This document shows, one piece after another, positions 42,101 to 53,390 of a DNA stretch of 64,000 nt. The stretch lies in assembly GCF_009914755.1 (NCBI RefSeq), contig NC_060926.1; one strand, given 5' to 3'. How positions within the stretch are numbered: the stretch's first letter is position 1; each line of letters begins with the position of its first letter. The notes beneath the pieces are model-generated. The model worked only from the letters and a program-made list of their open reading frames with translations. It was not told where the DNA came from and did not search any database. Position numbers and translations under genes: made by a program. Source of the stretch: the human T2T-CHM13v2.0 reference genome, Homo sapiens.

Positions 42101-42904
42101 ATCAAGCCATGGTGTTTCTAGAATTAGAAAAACAAGAGGAAACATGCTAACCCTAAGCATGAAATAGCCTAACTACTGCATTAAAATATGCCAAATTATT
42201 GGAAATAGTTTTTAGTAGTATTCATGATACTGCTCAGTTTCAGATGAAGGGACGGACTCAGATGTTAAGTGACCTGCTAAAGACCACACAGTTGCCTGGT
42301 AAGAGGAAAAACAAGACCCAAGTTCAGATGGTTAGGTCCATAAACGTATGTGTTGTACAAACTTCCTCTCAGGGGAGAAAGTGATTCTATTTTTCTATGT
42401 TTTAAAAATCTTATGTTTATTTTCCAAATAAGTGTTTTTCAGTAGAAGAATTCTGTTCCAAAATGGGCTACCCACCACACTAGTGGATTCAATTACTTGG
42501 CACACTAGAATGCATGAAATTCATTTTTGCTACAAATTAATAAACATTATGTGAGAAGTTTTTCATGGGATTTATTGCTTGTTTGATTAATACAGGTTTT
42601 TTGAGCTGAGATTTCAGCATCTAGAGGCTTATGTATGACTTATGTTTTATATATTGCCAGCACCTTCCACAGAGTCTGGCATGTAGAAGGTGCTCAACAG
42701 ATGTTAAGTCAATTCTGTTATATTCCCAGTTGTCAAAGGCTTAAGAAGAATGGCTTGGGATATGGTATATTTTTCTTCCAAAAGGGAAAAAAGATTAAAA
42801 AAATCTGCATATGTTCCAATCCTTTGGCCATTCCATAAGTAATTTTTACTTTTCTGTGATTTATATTTCCTTAAATGTAAAAAAATTATGATTTTAAGAG
42901 CGGA

Positions 42905-43308
42905 CAGGCCTGTGACTATGGTGGAAATGACTCTGTGTGCCTTCCCAGGCTAGGTCATTAACGGATATAGCTTCTACCTGGCTCTTTCTTTCTCTCTGGA
43001 TGCTTGACTTTGAAACTCAGCCACTATGCTATGAGGAAGACAAAACTTGCCCGTGCAAAGAGATCAACATGGAGAAGAACCAAGGTCTTCAGCTGACAGT
43101 CAGACATATGAGTGAGAACCCTCAGATCGGTATAGCACCAAGCCTTTGAATTCCCTCCCCTCACCATCAGCTAATGCCAAAGAGAGCAGAGGTGAGCTGT
43201 TTCGATTAAGCCCTACCAAAATGGCAGATTCATCAACAAAATAAATATTCATTGTCTTAAGACACTAAGTACTGGGCAGTCTGTTACGCAGCTTTACTAA
43301 TAAGAACA
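42905..43308 (+). mobile_element. MLT1-type MaLR LTR (partial)
   Basis: gaaactcagccactatgctatgaggaag...taagacactaagt...gttacgcagc...aca, typical MLT1 3' part. Confidence 0.7.
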
Positions 43309-43516
43309 TTTGTAGATCTAAAGCACGACTTATTAAATAAAAACATTTAGTATCTGAATTAGGTAATACCTGAAAAACATAAGGCTTCATCATATTTTTA
43401 AATTATAAAGTGGTTATTGATCACTGCATGACCAGGGTTATCTATAAATATCTGCATGTATCTCCCTTCCTTTTTTCCTCCCTCTCTGCCTCCCTCCCTT
43501 CCTTCCTCCCCGCTTT

Positions 43517-43564
<48 letters not shown>
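43517..43564. repeat. (TCTA)12 tetranucleotide STR
   Basis: Direct reading. Confidence 0.95.
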
Positions 43565-43567
<3 letters not shown>

Positions 43568-43600
43568 GTCCATCTACTGTCTCCAAATTTTCATCCTCAT

Positions 43601-43720
43601 AATTACTGGGCTTAATACCTGGGTGATGAAATGATATGTACGACAAACCCCCGTGACACATGTTTACATATGTAATAAACCTTCACATGTACCCCAAAAC
43701 CTAAAATAAAAGTTTAAAAA
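43601..43720 (+). mobile_element. L1 (L1PA/PB-age) short 3' end
   Basis: gcttaatacctgggtgatgaaat...caaacccccgtgacac...cacatgtacccc..aacctaaaataaaagtt. Confidence 0.85.
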
Positions 43721-43944
43721 AGGGGGGAGAAAACAATTATCTCACCGGGTTGTGAGAAATAAATGAGATAATATGTTTGAAGGACAGAAATCAGTTTATT
43801 TAAAATCGTCTAAGAGAGGTGAAGGCTAATAATGTTTACTTTAGTGTTCCAGTGATAAGGCAAATTGAAAACATTATAGGTATAAAAATATATGCCCATT
43901 TCTCTTTGAAATTTATCTCTCAGCTAGAAAGACTATAGATTGCA

Positions 43945-44260
43945 GGCTGGGTGTGGTGGCTCACACCTGTAATCCTAGCACTTTGGGAGACCGAGGCGGG
44001 TGGATCTCCTGAGGGCAGGAGTTTGAGACCAGCCTGGGTAACGTGGTGAAACCGTGTGTCTACTAAAATTCAAAAAAATTAGCTGAGAATGATGGAGTGC
44101 ACCTGTATTCCCAGCTACTCGGGAGGCTGAGGCACAAGAATTGCTGGGACCCAGGAGGTGGAGGTTGCAGTGAGCCAAGAGGGCATCACCACTATCCAGC
44201 CTGGGTGGCAGAGCAAGACCCTTGTCTCCAAAAATTCCAAAAAAAAAAAAAAAAAAAAAA
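43945..44260 (+). mobile_element. Alu (older, AluJ/S) in intron 2
   Basis: ggctgggtgtggtggctcacacctgtaatcc...poly-A tail. Confidence 0.95.
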
Positions 44261-46572
44261 GGAATGCACGCTTGTACCTGAAAAGGCAGCAGAGAAAGAA
44301 ACAGAAGTTTAGGATAATATATAGGAAAATAGATTTTCAATACCTCTCCCTTTTTATCAGATACTAGGGCTAAAATAACAAACACCAAAAACTCAAATTC
44401 ATGTATTGGGAAAAGATGGACTCAAGAGACTCTTAGCTTAAAATATCCTATTTATTATTCTTCATGCAACTTATACTTTTCTTTGATTTTCAACTTAATT
44501 CAGCCACTCTATATTCTTGGTATGTGCAAAGTCTACATTTTCCACTAGGGAGATGTTTATTTTTTCTTGCCAGATTGACAACTATTGCAAAGCACAAACT
44601 AATAGCAGTAGTAGTACACTAGTACATTTAAAATGCCACAAGGATTACAAAAAAACAATTTACATTTTAGTTTCTTACACAGACTTGCATTCGTTTCCAC
44701 TCCCCCATCTATTCCACTTAACGATTATTTAAATTAATGACAAACATGACTGGCCAATGTATGAAAAACACAAATATTTTTGTTGATAAAAGTTTTACCA
44801 AAATCTTCTGTGGCACCTATAAAATGAAAACAATTCCTTTAATAAGAAAATTATTTATTTTCATTTCGTAGCATTCATCCCTTTAGAGTTCTGTCAACCC
44901 CTTTTTTTTTTCTCCTGGTGAAATCTTAGAACCATGGCTTTACATTTCAGGAATGTTTTTCCTGGTTCATTTGATACTTTTTATGAGTTCATTGCTTTTG
45001 TCTACCCATGGTTATGAAAATAAGACAAATTTATGGAAATCACAAAGGGAAAGAAGGAAAAAATTCACAAAATTCTCTGGGACTTTAATTAATGATTTAT
45101 CCAACTGTGCTTTTTTCCTGTTTAGTTAACATTTGGGTAAGTATGAATTGGGGAGTTCTCATACTCTATCTCTCTCATGTAGTTCATTGGAAGTACATAA
45201 TGGCACTGTTTAATGTGGCTGCAGACCTTAGAAGTTGACGTTACATGCATATTAAATATGCAAGAATATGTTTCTGACACTATGGTATGGTCTAAAAAAC
45301 TGTACAGTCAGAGCACTACTTACCCACCAGGAGGTGGTGCACTTTACAAATATCAGTTGTCTTATTATGTTTCTTAGAAAGAATAAAATAATGTCTAAGA
45401 AGGTTTTAGCATTTCTAAAAGCCACTTAAACTTTATTTAAATGTGAATTCTCTTCTCTTTCTTAGTGGGAGGTTGAATTCCATCTAAAATATTTAAATTT
45501 CATCAATAATTCTAAATATTACTTATTAACCAGATATCTAGGTCTAAATTTGAGTTTATTGTTTTTATTTGTTCTATATCTTTTTTTATTCTTACAATCT
45601 TAGAAAAGTTTTCATTATCTCACATACAGTTTTGTTTATGTGCATATTTCCTGGTTGAGTCATATTGTCAGATTTTAAAAGTATTTTTAAAAGTAACTTA
45701 AAATACTCAAGGGCAAATATAGGCTATTAGTACAACATCCATGCTACTTGAAGTTCTGCATGATTATATGAACACTTTGAGAGGAAAAGTTTTATAACTT
45801 ACATGGTGGAAAGCATTTGTTAGCTAATGACTATACTAATGACACTAAAAGTTCTATCTTTAATAGATACTAATAACCCAGTTTTGATCATGCCAGTAGT
45901 GCAACTTCTTTCTCTCTTTGTTAGTTAAAAGAAATTAACACAAGAAAAAGTACATTTCCTGATGTTCATAAAATGACTTGTGGATCTAAATGCTCTTCTG
46001 GATTCCTAGGGGATTCAGTTCTAATTGAGTGTGGTATCTATGAAAAAGCTGATATACACTAATTAATAAGTTCCATGATTTCCAAATTAGAACAAAGTGT
46101 TGAAGTTACACTAATAAGGAGTTACCTTAAAAACCTAGTCAGGTTGCAAGGATAATAAAGGCCAAGACCATTAAAACAGATAGCAATAAGATAAAAAGAT
46201 GATAGCCCCAATCAAAAAGAACAAAAGAATAAGTCCACACTTCTTACCCCCTATTTTGACTATTATCCCCAGTCAATTCACTTTTAAAGTGATGCTAGAA
46301 GGGTCAGAGAAACATAATTTTCCTTTGACATCCCAAAAGCACAACCTGAAGCTTTCTACCTCCAGCAGCATTTATAACTTTGGCATATACATTTCTCCAA
46401 AAAGCGTATGTCTTCTTGACATCAGTTGGCTCTCTTGCTAGTACTTTTGCTTGGTGCCAGCTTCCCTCTTAGCTTGCATAGCTATAAATTTCCAAGTGAT
46501 AGGCTGTAAAGGAAGATTCCTGCTTTGCAGTCTCATTAATGAATTAGAAGATGCAAATATAAGACTTCTTAC

Positions 46573-46682
46573 CTTGAACTGACAGACGCAAGTCACAGTG
46601 TCTCCAATTCTTAAACATTCCCCATCAAATTTACAGGTGTTGGTGTCACAGAGGAAGAGATCATTTTCTCTGTCATCATAAC
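46573..46682 (-). CDS. TMEFF2: TMEFF2 coding exon 2 (110 nt): N-terminal half of follistatin module 1
   Basis: Acceptor ttctctttgaatttgAG|, reads (G)YDDRENDLFLCDTNTCKFDGECLRIGDTVTCVCQFK, donor AAG|GTAAG. Frame is continuous with exon 1. Absent from the ORF track. Confidence 0.96.
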
Positions 46683-48429
46683 CTCAAATTCAAAGAGAAC
46701 ACTCCAGTCATTAAAACATCTTACAGATTTTTAACAAAAAAAAGCACTACTTTGAAGCTTTAAAATACTTGTCCTAAATTTTAAATCCAACAACTATAGC
46801 TGTACTGCAAGGTCACTGTCTACTGATAACCTCAAAATCTAGTTAAGTGATCAATATTCGTTTCCATTTTCCACAATTCTTTTCTAGTCAATTCTCCTTT
46901 AGTATCCTTTTCTGATAGTGCTATTTTTTAAAGCTTGCGTTAATACTGACAGTGGTGAATGAAAGCTTAACATTTGCTTCCTGTTTTTTTTTTATTTTTA
47001 TTTTTTGCTCATTAGGTGGACAATATTTATGACCACAAAACTCCACATTTTGGAAAAGAGCTAGTGATGATCTCTGAATACCCTTTTACCATTTCCCCAT
47101 CTTTAATTGTTCTTTTGCTTCAACGACTGAAACAACCCCTTATTTGAAATGTATCCAGACAAAGAGGAAACAAAGCCTCAATAATAAAGATAAACAGGCA
47201 CAGTGTTTTCTGTGATGGTCTGTTTGGCTCAAATGAAGATTGATCACCTCTAAGTTAACAGGGGTGGAAGCGGGGTGCCAAGTTCTTGACAACCTATCTG
47301 CAAAACCAGTTTATTCTCTTTAGTTTATGCAGTCCCCTTTAAAATATCTGGTAAATATGTAATTTCTTGATTGCAAATGTCAACTTCACATTTAAGTTAG
47401 TTATTTCCTAAAACAATGCAAGGGCTAGGAATGAAGCAAACCAGTCTGTGTTGGACTACAAAGCCATCAACATTTCCAAAAATTGTTTTTGCAGGCTCAT
47501 AATTATTACCATAATAAAGCATCTAAAAAGTGATTAGGCAATAGCAAAGTGAAACTTATTCTTTCAAAAACAACACACATGTACGCATGAATCAAGAAGT
47601 TATAGAAACATGTTGAGTTTTATTAAAATGCCAAATTTAGAAACTGCCAAAAAAGAGAACAATCTATTGACCCAAATCTAATAGGGTTGCATATCTCAAC
47701 TTGTCTTTGTAAAGGATAAATTAGAATGATGCATAATAATTTTCCTTTTGGCATTTACATCAGTAATAACTAGGAACTATACAGGCTTTCACCCTGAGTT
47801 ACAGTTGGTCATTCCCTCCTCTCTAAAGTTACATACACTTCAGCTTATATACATCTTTGAAAGACACTTTATTCAGAGCCAGATTTAACTACAGCAAAAT
47901 TATATTCACAGAAGATGAAAAATTACATACACACTTGCTAAAACTAGAACAGACCACACCTAGGGGACAATACCCAGGCATGTTAACGGAGTTTAAAATG
48001 CCAAGGAAATTACACCACAATTCTGCCCAGTATACTACAGGCTGTGAAACCGAAATGCTATGCCAGCTAGGAGTGCAGCAACTCCCATCCTCTGGCCCTA
48101 TTTAATTAGGAAGCTTCAGCAGAGCGAAGCCTGCCAAGCGTTCGCCGTCAGAATCTGAAGGAACCCGAGCGAGCAAGAAGAGTGCCTGACCCACTCCACA
48201 GAAGCCTGTCCAGAAATGGAGGAGTCAGCGCCCACTGAAGTCGGTTCCGCCCTCGGCTCGCCTACATGGAGCCTGACCAGCCTCAGTCATGCCCACTCCG
48301 GCCTGGGAGACCCGCAAAGTGTTCTTTTTCTCAACTCCCCTGTACTACCTTGAAGCTTAGGGAAGCAAAGAGAGGGGCATATCTGGACTGCAAAACCAAT
48401 GTCTTTTGCCGCCTAGGAGAGAAGGGAAT

Positions 48430-48442
48430 GAGAGAGAGAGAG

Positions 48443-48499
<57 letters not shown>
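48430..48499. repeat. (GA)n microsatellite with two GATA interruptions, intron 1
   Basis: Direct reading. Confidence 0.95.
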
Positions 48500-48502
<3 letters not shown>

Positions 48503-49043
48503 TCTATTGAAACCCAGCTCCTCTAGAATCTGTGTGACCTGGTCTTCAACGGGAGACCAGTGCGACCTCATGGCACCTTTGCCAGGAATCAGCGATTCCC
48601 CTGCAGTCACCATTTGATTTATTGCTTTCTCGCTCATTCCTTCTCATAAAGTTATTTCTTCCTCATCCTAGTAAGACTTTTTTCTTTAATGATGACAAAG
48701 CTTCTGTTTCAGTGTTTCCCCTAGGATTGGTGCTCTTTCAAAACAGTGAACCCAGAAAACCATCCCGTTTAATATTTCTCAAAATCCTCGCAGCTCCAAT
48801 GTAAGCGCAAGCATGCAAAGGTTTCCTGCTACACCTGCACTTTCTGCCCATCCCAGAACCACCCCTCACCCCCGGGCCTGCAACAGTTCCCCTTGTTTCT
48901 CTGGATAGAGGTGGGTGGTATTAGGGGTCTAGGGCAGTAGGAGGTGAGGGGCTGAGGAGGCGCGCTAGGGTAGGCTGGTCTGTGCTGGATACGCGTGTTC
49001 TTCTGCGGAGTTAAAGGGTCGGGGACGGGGGTTCTGGACTTAC

Positions 49044-49215
49044 CAGAGCAATTCCAGCCGGTGGGCGTTTGGCAGTCACTTAAGGAGGTAGGGAAAGCAG
49101 CGAGCTTCACCGGGCGGGCTACGATGAGTAGCATGACGGGCAGCAGCAGCAGCCAGCAAAAGCCCTCGCAAAGTGTCCAGCTGCTGCACTGCCGCGGGGA
49201 CTCCCACAGCACCAT
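49044..49215 (-). CDS. TMEFF2: TMEFF2 coding exon 1 (172 nt): start codon and signal peptide
   Basis: ATG at 49215-49213 reads MVLWESPRQCSSWTLCEGFCWLLLLPVMLLIVARPVKLAAFPTSLSDCQTPTGWNCS(G), the TMEFF2 N-terminus. Donor TCTG|GTAAGT at 49043, phase 1. Confidence 0.97.
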
Positions 49216-49217
49216 GA

Positions 49218-49618
49218 CTAGTTCGTGCAACTCTGCAGCAGCAAACGGCTTCCGAGGAACACAGGATCGCGGGGGCCGGGCAGCGGGCTACTGAGCATCC
49301 CGCGGACGGCGGCAGCAGAGGCGGCGGCGGTGGCAGTGGCACCCGGCGGGGAAGCAGCAGCCAAACCCGCGCATGATCTCGAGAGTTTCAGCAACATCCA
49401 GGGACTGGGCTCAGCCCCGGAGCGAGAGGGTCGTCCGCTGAGAAGCTGCGCCGGAGACGCGGGAAGCTGCTGCCATAAGGAGGGAGCTCTGGGAAGCCGG
49501 AGGACAGGAGGAGACGGGAGTCCAGGGGCAGACGAGTGGAGCCCGAGGAGGCAGGGTGGAGGGAGAGTCAAGGCGCCCCGCAGCCCGGCAGCCGCCTCTC
49601 GAGCTCTGCCGCCCGCAT
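49218..49618 (-). other. uORF cluster in the TMEFF2 5' leader
   Basis: Minus-strand ATGs at 49618 (16 aa), 49476 (21 aa), 49397 (59 aa), 49374 (28 aa) and 49298 (26 aa, same frame as 49397), each traced to its stop by hand. Confidence 0.75.
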
Positions 49619-49660
49619 CCCTCTGGCGTTTGGGAAGCAGCAGGTCCTCAGCCCGCCCGG

Positions 49661-49695
49661 GGTCACGTGGGAAGAGGCAGTCGGGCTCTGATTGG
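49661..49695 (-). promoter_or_regulatory. Proximal promoter: E-box (GGTCACGTGG, USF/MYC type) and CCAAT box (CCAATCAG)
   Basis: CACGTG at 49664-49669. ctgattgg at 49688-49695 is an NF-Y consensus on the minus strand. Spacing suggests a TSS near ~49620. Confidence 0.7.
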
Positions 49696-52600
49696 TGGAG
49701 CAGGATGCAGGTCCCGGGAGGGAGGGGTCGACGAGGAGGTGCAAGGATGCAAGGAGGAGGCGGCCGCGGAAGCCACAGATGGGCTCGCTCGCCAGGCGCT
49801 GGCCCGAGTGGGGCTAGGCGGGGATGGCTCAAGTGAGAAGCTCGGGCTTCAGGGTGGGCTACCCGCACACTCATATACCATTCGCCTCACTCTCCGCTCC
49901 AGGACGCCCCCTACCGAAGGCGGGGTCCGGACTAGCGCCCCTCTTCCGCGCGTGACCCCGGGCCGCGAGTGCGGGCCGCGGCTGGGTGGCGTCTCTCCGA
50001 GCTGGAGATGGTGGGGGCGGAGGTGTCAGAGGAGCAGCAGCAGCAGGGCAGAGAGGGGCGAGTCGGCGCGGGAGAGGGCGTCCTGCTGGCGACCGGCGCT
50101 CCAGCGTGCGGGAGCGCGCCGCCTAGGCTGTAGGGGGATGCAGGCTGGGAATGTCGCGGCGGAGAGGCCAGGGACGTTTCTCTAGGGATTTACAGGAAAG
50201 AGGGTGAGAGGCGATGGTGTTAGAACCGCTCTTGCCGACCTGGAAGCAACAGCAGCATCTCCCACAAGAGCGTGCAACCCCAAGGCTGCTCGCCGAGGCA
50301 GCTCAGCCATCCCGGCAGGCGCTCTCCTTCCTTCTCTCTTCTCCCCTCTCTCCTCCCAGGCCCCCCGCAGCTCCGACCCAGCCCAAGCGTTCGCAGGTTT
50401 GAATCCCTCTCCTCATCACCCGCTCCTCTCCAGCCCGTAGCCTATTAGTGTGTCCACCTGGGAGGTGCGGTCAGATGTGTTTGGAAGGTCAGATTGGTCG
50501 GGACAAGTGGTCTGAGAGAAAGAGAAAGGCTCCTCTGCATACGCCGCGGGTGGGTTGCCGGGAGCATCGGCCGGGCAGCGGCGTCCGGGAAGGGGAGAGC
50601 GGGCTCCATTTGTTGGCCCAGGCAGTGACCCTGCGTTCCTTACTCGGGTCTTTGCCGGATGGCCGGTGACCTGGGGCGACGAGAGAAGGTCTAACTCGGC
50701 AGGAGTCTCTGGCTCTGCGCGTTTCTTTCATTCTCTCCAGCGGGAAGGGCAAACGGCATAGCGGGACCCGCCTTCCGTCTGCTGCATTCTTCAGGCAGTT
50801 AGACACACTCTTTAGCCTAATGGAATTTTAGTCGCCAGTAACGGGACCAAGAGCTTTCGGGGACAAGGGTGGAGAGGAACATCTTTCTTCCATGACCGGG
50901 GTCACTATTGCAGTCTCAGTGTTTTGGATGCCCCATAGGGAAGAGCTTTCTTTTTGGTGTGTGATTATTCAGTGATTCCTGTTTTTGTTTTTGTTTATCT
51001 TCTCTCCGCTCTCCTTCTCTATTCCTCTCTGTTATCCCTCCTCCTTCTTCTCCCCCCGCTTTCAAAAGCCTCCGGATCCTCCCTTTTTCTATTTAAATTC
51101 TCCTTTTGTGCCCCTCTTTCTGTGTCCCCTGAATTTAGGAGAGCATTTGATAACATTTAACAGGCAATTAGTGTCCATTCCCAATCACTTAAAAGAGGCA
51201 TTCATATACTTTGAAAACGGGACTATCTATCCTTTGCAGACACCAGCAGAAAAACAAATTGTACCCGAGTAATCCTTTTAAGTACTTTAACCTCCAACCT
51301 CCTCCCACTTCCTTGCTTTTTAACTTCTCCTTTGAGAGATGTGATCGTGCAGCACCTCAGTGCCTCAACGAAATCTTTTTTTTTTTCCTGTGTGAAATCC
51401 ATCCCTTTATCTTACATCTCCGCCTCCGTCCGAGACTGTCCCTCTCCCCTCCCACCTCCAAAGATTTCTGAATCTCAGTGTCTCTCACTCCTGGCAATTA
51501 AGCAGCAGATCCCAGCATTCTAGTCGGTGGCATCTCGCTCCTCACCGACGAAGACTCCATTAAAACAGATCAATTAGACCAGACGTTGGAGGCATCAGAA
51601 AATCGGCTTCTAGACAGAGCAGCTAAATTCTTTAAGGAAACAGAATACCTATTAGATAGAGCTGCCAACTAATATTGCAAAACAAGGAATTAGAAATTTC
51701 TTTCGCTACAGGCTTTCAGCAGAGAAGGCAACATAAATATAGATCAAGATTTAACAACTCTACAGCAGAGAATGAGAACATGTCATTTTCCATAGCAAGG
51801 CTGGTGTGGTAACTAATCAGGCTTATGAAAATAAGTCATGCTTGAAACTAAAGGCAAAGTCCTTAAAAGTGTTTATGCAGTAATTATGATAATGAAACAG
51901 GACCTGCTAGGATTTCAGAGTTTGGCTATGTAAGTAGAATTTTAGAGAACCTCTTAGCAGAGGAAAACTGTTTTTGAATTTTCTGCTAAGTAAATTTTTG
52001 GCATACTTTCTAATAATATATGCTCTTCCTAAGACGTTTTGCCAAAAGTAAGTTAAAACTCCAAAGGAGTTAATTACTGGTTGTAACTGGTTAACAAATG
52101 CGGTTGCTTCCACAGAGGTCCTTTAAATTATTAAACAGTTTGAAGCAAAGCCTTTTCAATGGGAATGCTGCAATTTTGTTGCACTTACTCTGTACTTAGT
52201 GTTATAGTGCCACCAAGAAACAAATTCTGAAACTGGCAAGCACCACCAAGTGGCAGAAGAACATCACTCATTGAGCAGAGAATTGTATTACTGAATATGT
52301 AAATAAAAATATATACATTATTTAGACTTGTCACTAGGTACCAAAGAAGTAGACAAGACTGCATTAGCAATTGGATTAGTGCTTTAACTTTTCCCCAGCA
52401 AGGCAAAATCAGTTTACTTATTAGAATTAAATTTAAGTCTATGAACTGTACTTTGCATTGCGTATCATATGATTGCTAGTAATATGACACAATCATACCA
52501 TGTATTTGCAAAATTCTTATTTTAAAATACTATACCATATTTACTTTCAATCTTCTTGAGCTAGAACACTTTATTTGTGGCATATACACTCTAGAATTGA

Positions 52601-52889
52601 TGCAGAGGAGCAGAGTCCAGTTGTTAGATTTTTCAGTAGAAATAGTGCAGATATATTTTCTCCAGAAAACTTAAGAACATTTTTTTTTCTCATGGAAAGA
52701 ACATCATTATAAAGTGTGAGATTACTCACAGCTTAAGTAGGGGGCTTGGGAGTTATTCTCCAACAAGAATAGTTTAAGATAAATAAATGAACCTGGGAAA
52801 ATAAGATACACTGCCAATCAGAACTCTTATCTCCTTCATGATTTCATACTTTCTGATTGCTTCAATAAAGGTAAGATGTATCCTTTGCT

Positions 52890-53090
52890 TCTTAGGTGTC
52901 AGGCATTGTGCCATGTAGGATAGAACATGTTATTTTTATTTAATCTTTAAAACACCCCTATGAGACAAAGAATATTATCTCATTTTATATAAAAGGAATA
53001 TGGCTTTGAAAGCATCAGGCAACTTGCCCCAAGAAACAAATCTCGTCAGTGACACTGCTGGGACTCTGTGAAATTCTGCCTGACTTCAGA
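52890..53090 (-). mobile_element. MIR SINE
   Basis: ttaatctttaaaacacccctatgag...tattatctcattttat...aacttgcccc. Confidence 0.6.
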
Positions 53091-53256
53091 GCACAAGACA
53101 TAAGTCACTAATTTCTGCTGTATTGCTGCCTGTTAGCTTCTGAGAGGGGAAACTAACTGGGAACGTATCAGTTCTGTCCATGATACTTCATTTGCCCTTT
53201 CTGTGGAGCCGCAGTAAGGCCCAAACTTTAATTCTCAAACTTCGGCAATAAGATCC

Positions 53257-53390
53257 AGTGATTTCTGAACCTGGTTGATCATATGAATTCCTTGAGAAAC
53301 TTTGAAACAATAGACAAATTCCAAGTCCCACTATCAGGGATTCAGAAAATCTGGAGTTGGGCCTTGGGATCCACATTTCAATATTCATCC
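53257..53390. mobile_element. MER5-like hAT-Charlie MITE
   Basis: cagtgatttctgaacctgg...gattcagaaaatctggagttgggcc. Confidence 0.5.

Larger units (their letters stand above)
48950..50800. promoter_or_regulatory. TMEFF2: CpG island spanning the TMEFF2 promoter and exon 1
   Basis: Sharp rise in GC and CpG density against a CpG-depleted background. This island is an established tumour hypermethylation target (HPP1/TMEFF2). Confidence 0.93.

Noticed and set aside
43975-44388. 137-aa ORF and similar ORFs at 15942, 56769 and 62511-62848
   Set aside because: Alu-derived translations.
45246-45262. Short hairpin tgcatatt-a-aatatgca
   Set aside because: An 8-bp AT-rich stem is expected by chance in 64 kb.
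49218-50185. Long ORFs of 218, 203 and 209 aa on both strands
   Set aside because: They are stop-poor GC-rich CpG island sequence giving low-complexity Pro/Arg/Gly/Ala products. Only the internal AUGs of the 218-aa frame are retained, as uORFs.
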